DNA of 24,000 nucleotides from Tsukamurella sp. M9C (GTDB lineage Bacteria; Actinomycetota; Actinomycetes; Mycobacteriales; Mycobacteriaceae): NCBI RefSeq assembly GCF_020169415.1, contig NZ_JAIULG010000017.1, positions 53,034 to 77,033 of the forward strand, read 5' to 3'. Shown piece by piece: positions 20,837 to 24,000 of this stretch (position 1 is its first letter; each line of letters starts with the position of its first letter). The notes under the pieces were generated by a model. It saw only the letters and a program-made list of their open reading frames with translations, ran no database searches and was not told where the DNA came from. The position numbers and the translations under genes were made by a program.

Positions 20837-22372
20837 TCACTTCCCCCGCAGCAGGCGCAGGCGGGGTTCCCGCTGCACCACCTGCGGGGCCCGGCCGCCC
20901 GCGACCGGGCTGCCGGGGATCTCGAGGCGCAGGAGCGCGCCGCCACCGTCGGCCGTGCCGACCGCGACGGAACCGCCGTGCCGCTCCACCACCTGTTTGA
21001 CGATCGCGAGGCCCAGGCCGGAGCCGGGCATCGAGCGGCTCGCCATCGAGCGGTAGAAGCGTTCGAAGACCAGCTCCCGGTCCTCCTCGGGGATGCCGGG
21101 CCCGCTGTCGGCGACGCTGAGCGCCGCCCGGTCGACGCCGATCTCGGCGAGCTCGACCCGCACCACGGAACCGTCGGGCGAGAACTTCGCCGCGTTGTCC
21201 AGCACGTTCACCACCGCGCGGCCCAGGCCGCCGTGGTCGCCGTAGACGTACCAGGGCGCGCTCGTGACGTCGAAGCGGACCGTCGGGCGACGGCGCTCCA
21301 CGCGCTCGACCGCCTTCTGCAGGATCTCCTCGAGGTCGACCTCCTCGTTGACGGCCTCGGGCGCGTCCTCGCGGGCGAGGTCGACGAGGTCGCCGACCAG
21401 CGTGGTCAGCTCCTCCACCTGGGCGAGGACGTCGTCGGAGAGCTCCTTCATGTCATCCTCGGGGATCGGCGGCGCGCCCGGCTGGTTCGCGGCGACGAGC
21501 AGCTCGACGTTGGTCCGCAGGCTCGTGAGCGGGGTGCGCAGCTCGTGGCCGGCGTCGGCGACGAGGCGGGCCTGCCGGTCGCGCGACTCGGCGAGGGCCT
21601 GCAGCATCGTGTTGAAGCTGGTGGTCAGCCGCGCCAGCTCGTCGCGGCCCACCACGGGGATCGGAGTGAGGTCGTCGGTGCGGGCCACCCGCTCCGCGGC
21701 CTCGGTGAGCCGCTGCACGGGTCTCAGGCCCCCGCGCGCGACGGCGGTGCCCGCGATCGCCGCGAGCACGATGCCGCACGCGCCGACCACGACGAGCACC
21801 GTGCCCAGCTCGCTGAGCAGGTTCTTCGTCGGGGTGAGGTCCTCGGCGACGATGATCGTGACGCCGTTGTCGAGGCGCCGCGCCATCACCCGGGTGTCGC
21901 CCTCGGAGCGCAGCGACTGGGCGAGCTTGCCCGAGATCACGTCGCGCTCCGGCTGCCCGATGGGGACCTGCCCCGACGGGCCCGAGTGGTACGGCGTCCC
22001 GTCGGGATAGACGACCATCGTGCGGTTGACGGACATGTCCGGCCGGAACATCAGCATCATCATCACTGTGGTGAACTGCGTGACCGGCGAGCTCATCGCC
22101 GGCGCCACTGAGTCCACCTGCTGGTGCAGCCGGTTGTCGACGTCCGCGTACATCGCCCGCTTGACCACGAAGAACGCCGACGCCGCCATGAGCGCCACCG
22201 TGATGCCCACGACGGCCGCGGCCAGCAGCGTGACGCGCCAGCGGAAACTGACGTTGCGGGTGACCGGGTTCGGGTCGCGCATGGGACGACGGTCCCGGAC
22301 CTGCCGGTCGCGGGCCTCCGGGCGGGCGTGCCGCGGCAGAGGGCCGGACGTCGTCGGAACGCGCCCCGTCAT
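20837..22372 (-). CDS. mprB: Two-component sensor histidine kinase (HAMP-HisKA-HATPase)
   Basis: The 511-aa ORF has two TM segments flanking a periplasmic loop of about 130 aa. It has a HAMP region, an H-box (VADAGHELRTPLTSLRTNVELL), an N-box (VLDNAAKFSP) and G-boxes (DSGPGIP, GSGLGLAIV). It starts 4 nt after the mprA stop. Confidence 0.9.
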   Translation of the reverse strand: MTGRVPTTSGPLPRHARPEARDRQVRDRRPMRDPNPVTRNVSFRWRVTLLAAAVVGITVALMAASAFFVVKRAMYADVDNRLHQQVDSVAPAMSSPVTQFTTVMMMLMFRPDMSVNRTMVVYPDGTPYHSGPSGQVPIGQPERDVISGKLAQSLRSEGDTRVMARRLDNGVTIIVAEDLTPTKNLLSELGTVLVVVGACGIVLAAIAGTAVARGGLRPVQRLTEAAERVARTDDLTPIPVVGRDELARLTTSFNTMLQALAESRDRQARLVADAGHELRTPLTSLRTNVELLVAANQPGAPPIPEDDMKELSDDVLAQVEELTTLVGDLVDLAREDAPEAVNEEVDLEEILQKAVERVERRRPTVRFDVTSAPWYVYGDHGGLGRAVVNVLDNAAKFSPDGSVVRVELAEIGVDRAALSVADSGPGIPEEDRELVFERFYRSMASRSMPGSGLGLAIVKQVVERHGGSVAVGTADGGGALLRLEIPGSPVAGGRAPQVVQREPRLRLLRGK

Positions 22373-22376
22373 CGGA

Positions 22377-23063
22377 TCACGGCGGGGTCTCGCGCAGGAC
22401 GTACCCGACGCCCCGCACGGTGTGGATCAGGCGGCTCTCCCCCTCGGCCTCCGTCTTGCGGCGCAGGTAGCCGACGTACACCTCGAGCGCGTTCCCCGAG
22501 GTCGGGAAGTCGTAGCCCCAGACCTCCTCGAGGATGCGGCTGCGGGTGAGCACCCGGCGCGGGTTGCTCATGAGCATCTCGAGCAGGCTGAACTCGGTGC
22601 GGGTGAGGCTGATGCTCCGCTCGCCGCGGAGCACCTCGCGGGTGGCCGGGTCGAGGCTGAGGTCCTCGAACTTGAGCACCTCGTTGTCGGCGCCGGCGTC
22701 GGGGGTCGCGCGGCGCAGCAGCGCCCGCATCCGGGCCAGCAGCTCCTCCAGCGCGAAGGGCTTGGGCAGGTAGTCGTCGGCGCCGGCGTCGAGTCCGCTG
22801 ACCCGGTCGCTCACGGCGTCGCGGGCGGTGAGCACGAGGATCGGCAGGTCGTCGCCCGCGCTGCGCAGGCGGCGGCACACCTCCAGACCGTCGATCCGCG
22901 GCATGTTCAGGTCCAGGACCAGCGCGTCCGGGCGGTTGCTCGCGATGTGATCGAGCGCGTCCTGCCCGTCGACGGCGGTGTCCACCTGGTACCCGTTGAA
23001 GGTCAGCGAGCGGCGCAGGGACTCCCGCACCGCACGATCGTCGTCGACCACCAGAATTCGCAT
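22377..23063 (-). CDS. mprA: OmpR/PhoB-family response regulator
   Basis: The 228-aa ORF is [38 protein letters not shown]...[22 protein letters not shown]...ILVLTARD...[25 protein letters not shown], followed by a winged-helix C-terminus (...[11 protein letters not shown]...VYVGYLRRK...[12 protein letters not shown]). The gene order mprA-mprB-pepD-moaB2 matches Rv0981-Rv0984. Confidence 0.9.
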   Translation of the reverse strand: MRILVVDDDRAVRESLRRSLTFNGYQVDTAVDGQDALDHIASNRPDALVLDLNMPRIDGLEVCRRLRSAGDDLPILVLTARDAVSDRVSGLDAGADDYLPKPFALEELLARMRALLRRATPDAGADNEVLKFEDLSLDPATREVLRGERSISLTRTEFSLLEMLMSNPRRVLTRSRILEEVWGYDFPTSGNALEVYVGYLRRKTEAEGESRLIHTVRGVGYVLRETPP

Positions 23064-23143
23064 AGTCCACAGTCTTACCGAAGTCGTGTGTGAATTGGCT
23101 TAAGGGGTGCTTGTCGGCACTCGGCCCTGAGCGAACAACCGGT

Positions 23144-23797
23144 TCAGCGGCGGAAGCCCCGCCTGCACGCCTTGAGGAAGCGGCCGGCCACGTCCTCGGG
23201 GGCGACGGGCACGCGCCAGCCCTGCCACAGCGCGAGCAGGCGGAAGCCGGAGGCCAGCACCGCGCCGACCAGGAGCGCGCGGGAGTCGGTGGCGCCCCAG
23301 GAGGCGGCGAGCACCGTCGCGCCGGCGCCGGTGAGAGCCGGGATGGCGTAGAGGTCGCGCTCCTGGATGAGCAGCGGCACCTCGTTGACCAGGATGTCGC
23401 GCAGCACGCCGCCGCCGAGGGCGGTGGTGATGCCGATGAGCGCGGCGGCGAACGGGCTGGCGTCATGATGCAGGGCCGTCAGAGCGCCGGTGGCGGAGAA
23501 GACGCCCATGCCGATCGCGTCGAGCACGAGCACGGAGTTGCGGAGCCGGCCGAACTGCGGGTGGAAGACGAAGACGAACGCCGCCGCGATCGACGCGGTG
23601 GTGATGTTCTCCCAGCCCTGGAAGGAGGCGGGCGGGTGGATGCCCAGCAGCACGTCGCGGGCGACGCCGCCGCCCACGCCGGTGAGCGCCGCGAGGGTCC
23701 ACACGCCGAACAGGTCGAGCCGCTTGCGGACGCCGATGAGCGCGCCGGAGGCGGCGAAGACCGCGATCCCCGCGTAGTTCAGCACCGCCAGCAGCAC
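23144..23797 (-). CDS. TRIC / UPF0126 (YadS-like) trimeric cation channel family membrane protein
   Basis: The 217-aa ORF has a GTG start with GAGGGGG 5 nt upstream. It contains two internal repeats, each carrying the glycine-rich signature (TGVGGGVARDVLLG and TALGGGVLRDILVN), and has about 7 TM segments. Confidence 0.8.
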   Translation of the reverse strand: MLLAVLNYAGIAVFAASGALIGVRKRLDLFGVWTLAALTGVGGGVARDVLLGIHPPASFQGWENITTASIAAAFVFVFHPQFGRLRNSVLVLDAIGMGVFSATGALTALHHDASPFAAALIGITTALGGGVLRDILVNEVPLLIQERDLYAIPALTGAGATVLAASWGATDSRALLVGAVLASGFRLLALWQGWRVPVAPEDVAGRFLKACRRGFRR

Positions 23798-23819
23798 GTA
23801 TGCCCCCTCGGATACACCT

Positions 23820-23854
23820 CAAGAGCGGGTCGGCACCAGGCCGACCCGCTCTTG
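23820..23854 (-). terminator. 15-bp-stem hairpin downstream of rpmF
   Basis: CAAGAGCGGGTCGGC (23820-23834) pairs with GCCGACCCGCTCTTG (23840-23854) around the loop ACCAG. It lies 13 nt after the rpmF stop, read on the minus strand. Confidence 0.7.
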
Positions 23855-23867
23855 GGGGAAAGATCAG

Positions 23868-24000
23868 TTAGCGGCGGTCGAGATCGACCAGGCCCAGCTT
23901 CGCGGCGCGCACGAGGCGACGCGGAACCAGGTGGGTGCGGCCGCCGACCTGCACGGCCTGCAGCTCGGGGTTGTTCGCCTTCCACTGCGAGCGGCGAGCA
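23868..24000 (-). CDS. rpmF: 50S ribosomal protein L32; the N-terminus lies beyond the window end
   Basis: My reverse translation of 24000-23868 gives ...[40 protein letters not shown] followed by a stop codon. This matches the C-terminal two-thirds of actinobacterial L32 (M. tuberculosis ...RRSQWKAA...VPRRLLKAARLGL...). It is not in the ORF track because the start lies outside the window. Confidence 0.85.
   Translation of the reverse strand, partial: ARRSQWKANNPELQAVQVGGRTHLVPRRLVRAAKLGLVDLDRR

Noticed and set aside
18737-22111. A very long plus-strand ORF (1124 aa) spanning three annotated genes
   Set aside because: It runs antisense to moaB2, pepD and mprB, all of which have clear family signatures. 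Its product is Arg/Pro/Ala/Gly-rich low-complexity sequence with no motifs. This is the classic high-GC antisense open-frame artefact.
23114-23132. A GCTCAGGG unit upstream of mprA as a full MprA box
   Set aside because: Only the first 8-bp unit resembles the pepD-upstream repeat. The second unit (AGTGCCGA) does not, so I cannot call it from sequence alone. I mention it only as a lead in the pepD finding.
1-24000. CRISPR arrays, transposases or IS elements, toxin-antitoxin pairs, restriction-modification or other recognisable defence systems
   Set aside because: I found no spaced direct-repeat arrays, no terminal inverted repeats flanking an ORF, and no ORF with nuclease, methylase, integrase or transposase motifs. 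The only repeats are the two terminator modules and the coding tandem repeats.

Overview
This is a high-G+C actinobacterial chromosome segment. Its backbone is collinear, from my memory of the map, with the Mycobacterium tuberculosis Rv0981-Rv0996 neighbourhood: mprA-mprB-pepD-moaB2, mscL, Rv0991c/ruc, 5-formyl-THF cyclo-ligase, galU, moeA1, rimJ and the Rv0996 membrane protein. The host is therefore probably a mycolic-acid actinobacterium (Mycobacteriales/Corynebacteriales). Other backbone genes are a partial MFS transporter with a divergent tandem Lrp/AsnC regulator, tRNA-Ala(CGC), a TetR regulator, a thioesterase-fold protein, a SAF-domain protein, a PrsW-type intramembrane protease coupled to a small membrane protein, a TRIC/UPF0126 channel and the 3' end of rpmF.

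The stand-out region is about 6.7 kb (11.9-18.6 kb) lying between mscL and the end of the moaB2 operon, two genes that are neighbours in M. tuberculosis. Every gene in it is on the minus strand. It holds three MspA-like porin paralogues that share a conserved Cys pair. It also holds two paralogous Sec-secreted proteins, each built from two copies of a helical module plus a long low-complexity tail, which I cannot assign to any named family. The rest is a small Cys-bracketed secreted protein in a lower-GC patch, a duplicated 64-66 bp terminator module and two long AT-richer spacers. I consider this porin plus unknown-secreted-protein cluster the best candidate for an undescribed cell-envelope system.

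Other notable signals are a near-perfect CIRCE (HrcA) operator upstream of the ruc-like zinc-ribbon gene, an 8-3-8 direct repeat upstream of pepD, and a perfect TTATCCACA box upstream of the SAF gene. I saw no CRISPR array, transposase, integrase or recognisable defence genes. Many long ORFs in the track are high-GC antisense artefacts.
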